Of a DNA stretch of 64,000 nucleotides, positions 37,106 to 50,149 are shown piece after piece; positions within the stretch are counted from its first letter, which is position 1; every line of letters starts with the position of its first letter. The DNA is taken from positions 7,098,522-7,162,521 of the forward strand of contig MU058781.1 in the NCBI GenBank assembly GCA_013265495.1, given 5' to 3'. The notes beneath the pieces are model-generated. The model ran no database searches and was not told the DNA's origin. It worked only from the letters and a program-made list of their open reading frames with translations. A program made the position numbers and the translations under genes. Source of the DNA: Vicugna vicugna (taxonomy: Eukaryota).

Positions 37106-38245
37106 ATAATTGAAGTATAATTGACCTACAACACTACATTAGTTCTAGGTGGATAACATATTGATTCAGTATTCCTATACATTTCAAAATGATCACCAAG
37201 ATAAGTCTAGTTCTGTCACTGTACAAAATATAACAATATTATTGACTCTACTACCCATGCTGTGCATTTTATCCCAGTGACTCATTTATTTTGTAACTGG
37301 AAGTTTGTACATGTTACTCTCCCTCACATATTTCACTCCCACTCTGCTGACAACCACCTGTTTGTTCTCTGTATCTATGAGTCTGTTTCTGTTTTGTTAT
37401 TTTTGTTCATTTGTGTTGTTTTTTTACATTCCATATATAAGTGAAATTGTATGATATTTGTCTTTCTCTGTCTGACTTATTTCACTTAGCATAATACCCT
37501 CTAGGTACATCCATGTTGTCACAAATAGCAAAATTTTAGTCTTTTTTATGGCTGAGTAATATTCCAATATATATACATATATGCATATATTACATATTTA
37601 TTTACCATATCTTCATTATCCAGTCATCTATTAATGGGCACTTAGGTTGCTTCAATATCTTGGCTATTGTAAATTATGCTGAGATGAACATAGGGTTGCA
37701 TATATTTTTTTCTAATTACTGTTTTTGTTTTTTTCAGAAAGATACCCAGAAGTGGAATTGCTGGATCATATGATAGTTTTATTTTTAATTTTTTGGGAAA
37801 CCTCCACACTTTTCCATAGTGGCTGCACCAATTTACATTCCCACCAACAGTGCATGAGTTCTCCCTTTTCTCCACATCCTCACCACATCTCTTGTTATTT
37901 CTTGTCTTTTTGATAATAGCCATTCTGACAAGTGTGAAGTGATAGCTCACTGTGGTTTTGATTTGCATTTCTTTGATGATGAGTGATGTTGAGCATCTTT
38001 TCACGTGTCTGTATTCCTTCTTTGGAAAAATGTCCTTTCAGTTCCTCTGCCCATTTTTAAATAGGTTTGTTTCTTTTTTTGATGTTGAGTTGTGTGAATT
38101 CTTTGTATGCTAACTCCTTGTCAGATATATCATTTGCACATATCTTTCCTCATATTAGATATATTGTTTGCAAATACCATTTACCAAATATCTTGTCTCA
38201 TTCAGTATGTGGCCTTTTTGTTTTGTTGATAGTTTCCTTTGCTGT
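37106..38245 (-). mobile_element. Older L1 3' fragment (ORF2 end plus 3' UTR)
   Basis: ORF 37642-38004 [18 protein letters not shown]...[11 protein letters not shown] is L1 ORF2 C-terminus; ttgaagtataattgacctacaac 3' end. Confidence 0.92.
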
Positions 38246-39370
38246 TCATTTTTATATTTTCAATTAAATATTTATTCATGTTTGAAATTTATTGCTATAT
38301 AATCTTGGTGACAATTCTATATCTTATTCAGGCAACAAGACCTTTTCAATTCTGTTTTTCTTACTCTATTGTCATTAACCCACCAGGCATCTCTTTCATG
38401 TGGGAAAATTACAAATTCATTTATATTTTCACTCCTGATTTTCTTCTCAAGCTTCAGAGTTACACTTTCAACTTTCTGCAGGAAATATTGACATTATTGT
38501 ACATACAGTTCAAGGTGATGTTCTCAAACCAAATTATTTATCTCCAAGGGCAGTATTGAGAACATTGTTTGCTACATTGTAAATCCCCTCTTTGATGGTC
38601 TGAGGTGGAAATTTCTCCCTGGTTTCAGTACAAAGGAAAAATGAACTTTTCCTCAGTAACGGATTTACTTACTCTCATGGATCCTGTGACTTTTGGGGTA
38701 GGGATTACAAGGAAGCATAAAGCCAAATTCGTGACTCTATTCTGGCTCAGTTGTGGCTTCATCTTAGTTTTCTACTTTTATTTTTCTCTGGCCTCATTTT
38801 TCCCTTCTTATTTTTATTTTACCTTATGTTATTTTACATTACTGTATATATAATATGCATTTTTATAAACTTCTGTAAATCCTTTTCATTGGATAGGGGT
38901 ATAAATAAGTAAAAACTAAACACATGGGTTCATCCCATTTTTCCTCCTACTTTTCTTATGTCTTATTTGTATCTCCTACTTTTCTTATTTGTCTTTGTTA
39001 AAGGCATCTTTCAACATCTATCTTTGAGGCTTAAAACTTAGAGTTACTTTAAATCCTCTCCATCCCTCTTTCTTTGTACCTAGGTAGTCTTCAGAAGCGG
39101 TTCAGCTGTGCTGCTGCAATATTTCTTATACACGAGGGAAAAACAGGGGGAACTGTGGTCACCTGTCTGGGAAGTCTGGGACAGCATTTGAAGAGATGTG
39201 ATGATCTGCATCCTTCAGATCACTGATCAGTTGGTGAAATTAGCTGCTTTCCCCCCATCTGTTCTATCCTTTACCTTCTTACTGTGGTTATTTTCCCCCA
39301 GATTAACTCTTCATTACCAGGCATCTGGATGAATAAAATTGTCTTGTGATTGATTTTCTTGCCTTTAGAC

Positions 39371-39554
39371 AAGTAGTTCTCAAACTTGAGCATGTATCAG
39401 CATCCTCTGAACGACTTGTTAAAACACAGATTCCTGAGTCCCATTTTCAGTTTCTGATTCTGTAGATCTGGGGTGGGGGCTGAAAATGAGCATTCTTGAC
39501 ATGGCCTCAGGTGACGCTGCTGCCGCCTTGGGGACCACACTTTGAGAACCAGTG
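39371..39554. mobile_element. MER5A hAT MITE
   Basis: TIRs aagtagttctcaaact / cactttgagaaccagtg; 8-bp TSD ctttagac/ctctagac. Confidence 0.9.
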
Positions 39555-41882
39555 CTCTAGACTGCTCCCTGCGTCCATTCCACACGCTGTTCCCAGGGTG
39601 TAGCTCTTTCAGGGCTGCTGCTTTTCTCAGGAACCTTTATTGGCTCTTTATTGTTTATATAATTTATTTTCACTTTTCAAATGTCCTACTTCGTATTCAA
39701 GACCCACCCAAAATCTGAATGCAACCATCTCTTTCATTTTCTAGCATTTCTCCTTAGTCATGCTGTAATTCTCTTCTCTTCCTTCCCTCTGTTTGTTAGT
39801 GACCAACACATTCTCCAGTTTCCACTCAAGTGACATCCACTTCATGATGTTCCCAGTTGTACTCGGAAGCTGGCCCTCTCTTCTTCTCTAATAGCATTTT
39901 TACAGATTTGCATCTTTTATTATTAGCAGAGTTATCATATTTCATCTACTGAATTTAACAAGCTTCAGAACAAGGAGTGAGGTCCCTCAGTCTCTAGTGC
40001 ATGTTTTTCACGTGGAAGGTCTTCTTTAAATCTCTCCTGATTATACTCATGTAGAGATTTTGGGAGGCGGGGACATAGAGGATGAACGTTATGAAAACAC
40101 GTGTAGAATTCCCCTGAGGTCACATTTCTTTGTGGCAAAAATTACATTTCCCATTTTCATTAATACAAATGAAGTATTCTACAAAACGTGTAATAAGCAA
40201 TTGAGAAAGACCCCAGATTAACTTATCATGTCACAGAATTTCAACTGGACAGTGATTTTTGCCTCATCTTGATTATTGCTAAGGTTCATTAATTATTATG
40301 GCCACTTTATGGAGCAAATTATGTAGATGGCAATCTATCACAGAAGTACTCCCTACATTTGCCAATTTGTAAATAATAAAATGTCTGTTTTGATATAGGC
40401 AGATGAGCATGAAACAGTTTTTTTTGCATGTATTTATAGGTGTTGTCCATACCAAGTAATTTTCCCGTTAAACGTAGTTAGAAAATTCTAGATTAAACTG
40501 TGTTAAATTTTATTGAACTTCAGGACTCCTCATGTCCTGAATTCCATTATGTGGTAGTGTATTTTAGGAATCTTTAAAAGGAAGCATACAATATTAAGCA
40601 TTTTTCCAAATTCTTTTAAAGTTTTAATCCATTTTATTATATTTTAATTTAACTTGCAGAGCAGCTCACATTGATAACTCCCTTTGCATCACTGTTAGGG
40701 AACCCAGTCACAAAACTCCTGTTTAAATATTTGAAAAGGAGGCAGTTGCCATTCCAGTGACCTGAATTAAATGTGAAACTGGTAACACTAAGTATTGGAT
40801 GTGTCGTACCTTCACCCAGTGATGTAGGTGACACTCACGGTGATGACTCTTAGCTCACACGTTTAGTGGATTTCTTTTGTGATTTCTGATTCCTCCAAGT
40901 TACTGAGTAAGAGTTTTGTTGAGGATGGAGCAGGGAGATGGATGGACAAAAGACCTCACTGATTATTTCATTTGGCTGCAATTAGCTCTTGCTGTCAGCG
41001 CAGGATTCAGTTCAACTTCATTGCCTGAGTAGGACCTAGACCCTTGACAGAGCTCCAACAGGACGTTTCCTTTTACAGGAGTCATTCTGGAATATATTGT
41101 GTTCAGATGTGTTGGTGGCTATTTAAACCTCACTACTGAGATTACTGGTCATTATAAGAGGTCATATCAAGGAGCAGGGGAACCAAAAATTTCTCTGCCA
41201 TGCAGGTTTGCTTGTGAGGCTGAGAGTATGTTGTGCCTGACACTGCATTCCTTTGGGGAATGGGGATGGTGGGGAGGTGACTGTGTGAATTGACATTAAC
41301 AGAGTAACACACATCCCTAGCTAGCCTTTTCCTACTGGTTTTCTGGATGATTATCAGCTCTACACCTCATCTCACTCTATCTTTTTTCTGACTGTCAATG
41401 AGAAGAGAGATGCTTTTGCATACTTCATGCACCTTTGATTAAAAGAGCAGCCGCAGAGTCGAATCTCTTTGATGTCTTTACCTTCAGTCAGTCTCCTTGG
41501 CAGCATATTCTGTATCTCGGTAAAGTCTTTCCTCTTTTCAATCCATCAAGAAGAACCTTTCAGATGTTGACTTGCTTCCAGTTTGGATCGGGGATTTTTT
41601 TTTTTTGAAATAAATAAAATGCAGTGTAGTGAAATAGTTTTGAAGTATTTGTTGTCTGAATATCCAGGGAATGATATACTATCTCTTTCTAAGAATGTTG
41701 ACTCATACTTTTACAAATTTATTAATCTATGTCCCCTTATTATTAATCTTGTGCTTGACTTGACTCAGAGGTTTCTTTCTGAATCTTATAACCAATGTCC
41801 AGATGGTGCATCTGCTTCCCTTAATCACTGGGCTAATGGGCATTTACTAAATTCTTCTAATTATTTCTTCTGACTTAGATTT

Positions 41883-42195
41883 TTTTTTTATTTTATAAAC
41901 CAAGTTTATTGAAGTGTAATTTACACACTGTAAAGTTCACTCGTTTAAGTATGTAATTCTACGAGGTTTGACAAACATAATTGTCTTCTTGAATTGCCTT
42001 ACTCCTGCCCTTTCATCCTCCTGTTGTTTCTTCTATTACCATTTTCCTATTACCTTTCCCTAAGCCATCTGACACTTGAGAACATTTCAAATAAATGGAT
42101 AGGTGTTCTTCCAAGTTTCATAGCATTACAGTTAATAAGAAAAAACTGTTCTCTGACAGATAAATAAAGATACCAACTGCTTACTTAAAACTTGA
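41883..42195 (-). pseudogene. TSD-flanked retroposed fragment (processed 3' UTR piece or orphan transduction)
   Basis: Perfect 17-bp repeat tcttctgacttagattt at 41866-41882 and 42196-42212; poly-T tail; AATAAA on minus at 41905-41910; about 100 bp old L1 3' end plus about 210 bp unrecognised sequence. Confidence 0.7.
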
Positions 42196-42905
42196 TCTTC
42201 TGACTTAGATTTGAGGTTCTCTTTCACTTGTTTTGTTTTTATCTATTGTTGGGGCATACTCTCTTACTGTCTGATGAAGCCATAGGGATTAAATATCTAA
42301 AGTGGACACTTTGCCCCAGTTTGATGGAAGAAGACCAGACATTCCAAGCTCTGCTTGTAAATCTGTGTCTTAGCCGCAGTCTGGGTTTTAAAGTTGCCCA
42401 AGCGGGAGTGATAAGAGTCCATCCGATGCTCATTTTCATATCAGAGTTTTGTAAGGTTCAAACGACCTATTTAATGTCAATATATCTTGGGATTTCATGA
42501 ACTTTTCTCCCAATATTCTAGGCTTCATTTGGCCGGCCTTTATTCTTTGGCCTCTTCTTTGGGGTGCCTAACTTTGCAACCAAACAACTAACTCCAAAGC
42601 AGACCTTCCCTTTGCCCTATTTCCTGGCAGTGATAAAATCATTGCTCTTACTGCTGTGGTGAAGGAGGGTGGAGGAAGCCATCAAAGTCTCCTTTCTTTC
42701 TTCCAGGCTATGCTCTAAGATTGCTGTGTAACAGTAAGAAGTGAATGAACTCTGCCTGTAGCTTCCCTCAGAACCAAAAAACAAGGCAAAACAAAAGTGC
42801 TTGAGAGAAGCTACAGTCCATTGTACCTGTAGGTGTTGGTTTTTGATCCTGATCACTTTTGCATCTTTCCTGGGAAAGCCTTCATCTTGCTCTGTTTTCT
42901 TCCAG

Positions 42906-43030
42906 ATTATCACCTGGTTCTCCAGAAAGAGAAGGTGATACTGCCCAGAGCCCTTCCTGACAAAGATGTTCCTCAGAGGGAAAAGCACAGGACAGCTGTT
43001 GTGGAGAAGCTTTGGGCACTTCATGAACAG
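42906..43030 (+). other. Candidate internal exon (125 nt), strongest splice signals seen
   Basis: tgctctgttttcttccag| ... cag|gtgagg; single open frame YHLVLQKEKVILPRALPDKDVPQREKHRTAVVEKLWALHEQ; no homology recognised. Confidence 0.3.
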
Positions 43031-45121
43031 GTGAGGTCCTTTAAAGCTTAGCTCAGCTGAGTTACTCGCTCTCTAGAAACTTGGGTCATAACCAGTCATT
43101 ACATATTTCTCTCTGCTGATGTCATGGGCTATGGAAACCCTCTTCTCGTGGCTGAAAACCATCCTAAAGAAAATCAGCATTATGGGAGTGGGGGCGGTGT
43201 GGAGGGGATGGTGTTGGAGAACGGGAGGAATGTCCCTGGCCAGGAGGCCGGAGGTGCCCCAGGAAGCTGTTTCCTCTGAATAGTTAAATGGCTGCCTCTC
43301 AACTTGCACAATGTCACATTGAATTTGAAACAGGGAACTTTTTATATTTTTCCCCTGATTGTGCTGGCACCTGGCAGATGCCTATTTACCACAGGCATCA
43401 ATACACATAGTAATCAAAGGAAATCAGAGGCACAGATTAGCAACAGCTGCAAGTCATTAGTGACAGACACGGGAAAGCACAATTCTGCACCCAACTTTGA
43501 AATAACCAATATGAGTATTTCAGAGCATGAGGGTTACCGCAGGGCACTCGCTAACATGAGAGCAGCCAAACAATAGCTGGGCTTGTCTCTCAGGAGAGCC
43601 CTCTTCTCAGCGGCAGCACCGCGCTCTCCACGTTAGAAACCGATCAGTCCCACAATATCGGTCCTTTGAGTGTCAGCCCTTTCCGAGTCCGTGTGCCCGT
43701 CTTCCGATCAAAGATTGTCTCAACTGAGAAATAACCCCTGGCTGGTGGGAAAACTTGTTATCGCCTATATAATTTCAGTGGTGGAAATGTGCGTGTATTC
43801 CTGAGGGCTTAATTATATCACTGGCCTACTTGGAAAGGGCCCCATAGAGGGGAAAAATAAGACTTCCCCTTTCTCATTTAATTTTATTTTTTTCCACATT
43901 TCTACTTGAAAATCAGCTCTGATTGATAGGTGTTCTCTTGGTAGCGACACATTTTCACTGGCAGCACTAGCCTTCGCCTACTCCAGAAAATACTGTTCAA
44001 TTTTTAGCTTTTCCCCAATCAATTCATTCAGTGCCTCAGTGGAATACAAGTTGGTCATTTAAAAATTCCTAGCTGTTGCCTGATATGTCCCAAAACAAAT
44101 TTAGCCAGCATGGGTTTCTATTTTAGACGGTCTCTGGAAATGCAGATTTACTGTACAACTGGGTGATGGCCTAGAGATAAACAGACACAGTGAGCTGCTG
44201 TCTGATTAGCAGGGCTGGGCAAAATTTAGCCTCACATATATATTGCAGTAATTGGACCATTGGACCGTAGGATGTAGATTAAATTGGTCTCATCACTACA
44301 TGTGGTCTCTTTTCCCTTTACTTGATATTAAGGTTGGATTATAATTTTTTTCTGTTTTAGAAAAGTCTCCTTCCCCTGCTCTCCCTCCCCAGAAATATCT
44401 TCTGAAAGTTTTTCTAAAAATTCTTATAATAATAAGTAACTTGTTTTGGAGATCAGGATAAAAAAGGGAGAAAAATCCTGCCTTTCATTTAATTCAGAGC
44501 CAACCATTAAGCATCAGCTCTTTAACAGCAAGCAATATGCTATTATTCTAGAAGGAAGCTTCCTGGGAACACAGATTCCATACGGCCCATGATACATCAC
44601 AGGCATTCAGATGAATGCCTTATGTGCTGTTTTTTAAACATTTGGAGGAGAAAAATTATTTTATACTTTATTAAATGACATAATCTGTAGGCTTAGGGAG
44701 ATGTGATTTCTTGGGGTCATTTTATAAAGAAGCAAAGACATGATATTAGTTAATTTTATTTACTGGTTAATTCAGTACATATTTATGGAATGCCTGCTGT
44801 CTCAGGAAATGTTTAGGCATTGCAGATACGGCAACAAAGTTAACAAATGGCCTGGTTATCATGTACTTGATTGATGGTGAGGATGTAGGCAGCTTACATT
44901 AGAGGTAGCAGCTTGACTGCATTTCTTCATTATATGCAGCTTCTTTTTCCTTCTTCCTTTCTCTTTCTTTCCTTCCTCCTCCCGTCTTTTCCTCCCGCCC
45001 TGTTCCCTTTCCTTCCTTTTCCTATATCTATGCATCATGATTTAGACATTACAGGTACTAAGCATTGTTTGTGACACAGAATTATTTAATACAATAAAAT
45101 ACACATTTTTGAGAATTAATC

Positions 45122-45520
45122 TGTATTACTTAGGCTGAAGCTACTATAAAATAAAACCTCAAACGTCAGTGGCTTAACACAATAGAAGTTAGTTTCTTGC
45201 TCGTGTGACAATCTAATGAGAGTGTTCCTAGTGGGCAGGAGGCTTTCCTCCAGCAGTGACTCGAGGACTCAGGTTCCTTTCATCCAATGACTCTGTCAGC
45301 CTTTGGAATCCTCTGCATTCAGCAAGTAGAAGGGGAAAAAGGAGATGAAGAAGGCATAGCCATTTCTTAACCAGCTTGGCCTGAAAGAGGCAAACGTCTC
45401 TTCTGCTCATATACCATGGGGAGAACTGACTAGGTGGCCCACCTGGATGATGGCCCACCTTGGGCTGCACAGACACTTGGAGCTGACAAGTCTATGCCAA
45501 AGAAGTGGGAAGACAATTAT
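45122..45520 (-). mobile_element. MLT1J-like LTR (ERVL-MaLR)
   Basis: cagtggcttaacacaatagaagttagtttcttgctc...gactcaggttcctttcatc...cttctgctcatatacca. Confidence 0.75.
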
Positions 45521-48500
45521 ATATCAGGCGCCATGCTAGTTTCTGGAGGTGAAAGATGGGTAAGTCATTATCCTTCAGGGTGGTGAGGACCACATGGATA
45601 CCTAACTAACCATCCATGACATCTAAGTACTAAATAAAGTCGTATGTGAGCACAGATGCAGGGACAAATACCTCACTCAGGAATGGATTCAGAAAGCAGA
45701 ACCTTAAAGGGCTTCATCTAACAGAGAAGAAGAAAGAGCTGAGAAGATGCTCAGTATGTTCAGACAGTGGTGAGCTGCTCATTGTGCCAGGTGTCCAGGA
45801 ATGTGGGGGTAACTGGACCAGATCAGAGAGGGCCTCGTGGGCTGTGCCTTTTGCATGAGTTACTCAAATGGGAATGTGAACTTGTGCTGTGATGCTTCAG
45901 ACACAGGTCTCTTGATCCCACTCCTTTCTGAAGCCCTTGTTTCTTGAATATTTCATTACATACGTGCAAGGAAGCTGATTTGTAAAATTTGAGGAGTCAT
46001 ATGTGATTTTTTAGGACAAAAGAGATTTAGTTTCTAAGAAAGGGAAACAGCCTTGGCAGCCTTGTTCCTTACTGAGTAGGAATGTGTTGCCTTACAAAAG
46101 AGGTGCATTAAAATGTATGAATTCCTCCATCTGACTTCAAGGTTGATATTTCGCCACACATTTAAGGTCCCTTCCCTTTCTCTTAATACTTGTGGTAGTG
46201 AAACGTGCTTTATTATAATGCCGGAGAGTGCTCGGAGTTCCAGGTACCAGAAGAGGCTGAGGTTGTCTCAGCTATGCTAGGTGGAGAGCACCTTGTTCTG
46301 TGCTGATTAAACTTGGCCTAGGAGGCATGGCAAAGAATGGGGTCCCTATAGGATGAGCAGGGGAGACCAGCTGGAAGACACACACACTGCTTTTCCCAAA
46401 CGTTTTCATGACTAGAATCAAAGGGCTGGAATAGACCTAAGATTTCAATGTTCCTGTGTTCCTTATCATAGGAGCTTATCTTTATCATGTAACTTTAAGT
46501 TTTTAATGAATATTTGCTTTCCTTTTTCAGTAGAGAGTCTTAAGCTAGTTAACAAGTGTGATCGCCCCTTTCTGTTATGCCCACTTATTTATGAAGAGAG
46601 ACTGGCATAGCGAAATAGACTTAAAAGTTTTATTTATTAGTCTTATAGTTAATGGTATCTTTTGTAAGTTGAGACTCTGGGCTTTAGAGTAGAGAGAAGA
46701 GGGAGATAGAAATATGGGTGAACTGAGGTTTCTGCCTACATAGTAGAGAAGATGCAGCTTATGTAAATCACTCTGATACCACACAAACGTGAGAAGTTCC
46801 ATAAGGAAGGAGTGGACAGGAGGGAGAAAGAATTTGTTGCTCGAGGAAACCAGGGAAGGCTGAATAGAGGCTGATGCTCAGGGAGGTTGCCAGAGATTAA
46901 TCCAAGGTGACATAGGCGGTCGGTGCCTGAGATAGAAGAGGCTCAGTTCTTCCGGGGCAGGGCTCCTGGCTTTCCTGCACGATGCCAGGTGTGAGAGAAG
47001 ATCTGAGGACAACGGCAGGGGACACAAGGTCTCGGCTTTGTACAGAGGACAGTTTGCACGTTTCTTCCAGTGGAGAGTCAGCCAGTTGTGAACACATTTA
47101 GGGTTCCTTCAGGAAAAGGATGGTCTCCACAACCCAGCTACCACCACCGACTGGGACCTTTGGCTTCTGTTTTTTTTTTTTTTTTCCCCTCTCCTGCAAG
47201 TGTTAAGCCCAACTACACTCATTGCTTTGGGTGTCAGAGTTACATGGGTTAGAAGGACTGCTTATAAAATATAAAGACAAATGATGACTGTCAGAAAAAA
47301 GCTTTTGAGAGAATGAAGAGACAGAATTTACTACAGCTTGAAATGGGTAAGTATTGTCCAATCGCCATTTTTTTCTTTTACCGTAAAATACAGAATAGAG
47401 AATGCTAGAAGATTTCCTTTTTAGAACTTGGTAAAAATTACAGCAGATGAACGTTAGGCAAAATCAAAGGGGAATTTTGCTCACATACGAAAGTTTACAA
47501 GAAATCTAGTTGAGTCTGGTTCCAGTATTTGCTGAAGTTTGTGGCTGTGTCAACAAAGATGGGTTAAAGTAAGCATATTTTAGATCCTAAAGAGAGCAGT
47601 CTCATAGTCTGGAATAGAGAGTAGCTTTAAAGTGTTTTTAAATGGGTTTCCTTTTCTTTCCTTCCAGCTGTGCCTAGTGCCGGGGAAGATAAACTGGCAT
47701 GTTCTTTGTTACATAGCAACATACCCACCCAGGGGAGCGAGGCACGTTAGATTTTCAGAATCTTAAGTCCTTTCAATCAGTTGATAGTGGAGTTGGGGAA
47801 AATAGATTGGGCAAAGCTGCCTAACCACGAAATATGGCACTGTCATACTTGAAACATTTTAGCCACAGTCTTCAGGTTAGAGCCTACGGTCTCATTGGTA
47901 AAACTGGCCCAGGGACACGGAGCAGCAGTTAAAGTACCCGCCCGTAGTGGCACTTGCCTGCGCGTCTTTTGACCTGTCTCGGCCGCTGCTGCTTCTCTTC
48001 TGCTCCAGTGGCTGTAATTTGAATGGCGTGAAGGACTTTGATATCCAGGTGAACCTCTTGGCTTTACTTTTGTACCTCCTTGGTTTTACTTACAACTCTC
48101 TACTCTGACCAGAATTGTTTTTATTTTTTGTGTTTGTTTAGCATCCTGGGCACCTCGGACCAAATGACCCTCTGATAGCCCAATATTTCTTTGCTGTACG
48201 TCTATTTTCTCCTTGATCTAAATTCAGTCTTCTAAAGACTCGTGGGAAATTAGCTCTTCCACTCTTTATAAAATGTCCTGTGCATTTTGTGCTTAATAAC
48301 TATTTCAATGTAGAGTTTCTATAATCCCAAATACTGGATTTTTCTTGAAATGTTTTACTTTTTTTTCTTTCTTCACTTTTATGGCTTCAATAAGGGGCAT
48401 TTTGTGAAAACATTAATTTTCCAAATCCATTTCTGGTCCTAAAAGAACAAAGCCTACATTTTGAAGACAGGTATTTTTAAATAGCCTAAATATGGAAAAC

Positions 48501-48726
48501 ATTAATATTAATAAAGAAGTTAACATTACATATTGCTTAAAGCTTCTTCTGAGTGCTCCCCTATCTCTGCCTTCTGTGGAACAGGGACCCTGACTGGTCA
48601 GTATGTCAGTTCACAGTGTCAACACAGAGCCTGGATTGTGACAAGTATTCAGAAAGAGTTGTTATATATTGCTAAAAATATGTATTTTCTCATTTACACA
48701 TCACAACTACTTTGTGAAGCTGGGAT

Positions 48727-49366
48727 AGTTGATTCTTGTTATTCATTAGCAGTTGTGTTCTACAAAGTCGTCATGAACACTGAGTTAGTGAATTCTAAAC
48801 CATTGCTCCCTCAGGCAGATGCAGGGTTAAGTCCCTGTGAGCCTCTGCTCACAGCATTTTCATCAGTCAATTAACACATAACCTTGCTTTATGTGTGTAT
48901 CTGTTCAAAGATACGTTATTTGATATATATTTTTGATTCACCTACATTGAATTCATGGCCAGCAGCACTATAACTCATGTCTGGATGAAGCTTATCCAAA
49001 ACATGTATTTCCGTCACATCATAGACTTCTGTGCTTAGAAACACTAGACAGCACTGTAGCACTACACTTGGGGACCATTTTAAAGAGTGAAATCATAAAA
49101 AAAAACCCCACAAAAAGTATGAAACTGTTTCACTAAATAGATCACAAAAGGGATACTTGTTTGCACTATGAGAGCTGAAAGCAGAAGGCAGAGCCTTGCC
49201 TTGTCCCACCTCAGCTGGGAACAGGCATGACTCGGATTTTTTGCCACTCTGTGCATGTGCATGAATGACTGTGGAAGCACCATGCATTCTGACTTGGGAG
49301 TTGCAAATGAATATTAGCAAGTAGGTGAGTTAGCAAATATGGAATCCTTGAGTAATGAGGATTGGC
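48727..49366 (-). mobile_element. MER82-like TcMar-Tigger element
   Basis: Ends tagttgattcttgttattc / gcaaatatggaatccttgagtaatgaggattg; internal ttagcaagtaggtgagttagcaaat matches remembered MER82 antisense. Confidence 0.78.
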
Positions 49367-50149
49367 AGAATTAGTGTGTCCTTTTGTGTATTTGGAAACT
49401 CCAATTTCAGAAGGATTTGTCTGTGGTCATTCCAGTGGAACTGAAACCTAGGTCTACTGACTTCTGGGTCAGTGTCAATTCCAAAATCCCAGGCTCAGGA
49501 AATGGAGGGGGACTGTATAATCAGGCTCATTAGCACATACATAGTGCCCATTTTTTAAAATAGTATTTGGTATCTGTGCTTAAAGTTATCAAGTTCTAGA
49601 ATTTGAAATGACTCACTGAAAACTTTCCTGTTAATTGTTTATTTTGTAAGTCGTGATGTTTCTCATTTATATTAAACATATAGATAATCACTGAATTATT
49701 ATCCTATTATGTCTGTAAAAGGAAAAATAATTAGGACTTATTCTTCTCACATATAGATTTCATCAGTGCAAGAGGGAGTGTTACAACTCACTGCTTCGTT
49801 CTTAGAGAGCAGCCAGTTAGTGCTTGTTACATACAAGTTAACTACTACTGGGAGGAGGCTGGAGAGAGCAGATGAAGAGGAGGTGGGTTACTGCCTTCCA
49901 AAGTACCTTGAGGTTTATTCTATGCTGGTTTGGTGCCTTCATCCTCTACAGACGCCAGATAATTCAGAGTGCTCAGCTCAAAGGAGGAGGAAAACCAAAA
50001 TTGGTCCGATTGAGACTTTAATTTTAAACCAATAATACCAGAGTGGCTTAAAATACAGCTTTGTATTCTAATGTTGGGAATGAGAAGACAATAAATTTTG
50101 CTTACATAATATTAATTTTATGGCACTCCCCATTTTTCAAATTTTCAAA

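Noticed and set aside
43610..43635. REST/RE1 site (cagcaccgcg)
   Set aside because: Only the left half matches; GGACAG is missing.
47936..47955. CTCF motif (cccgcccgtagtggca)
   Set aside because: Needs a gap or several core mismatches.
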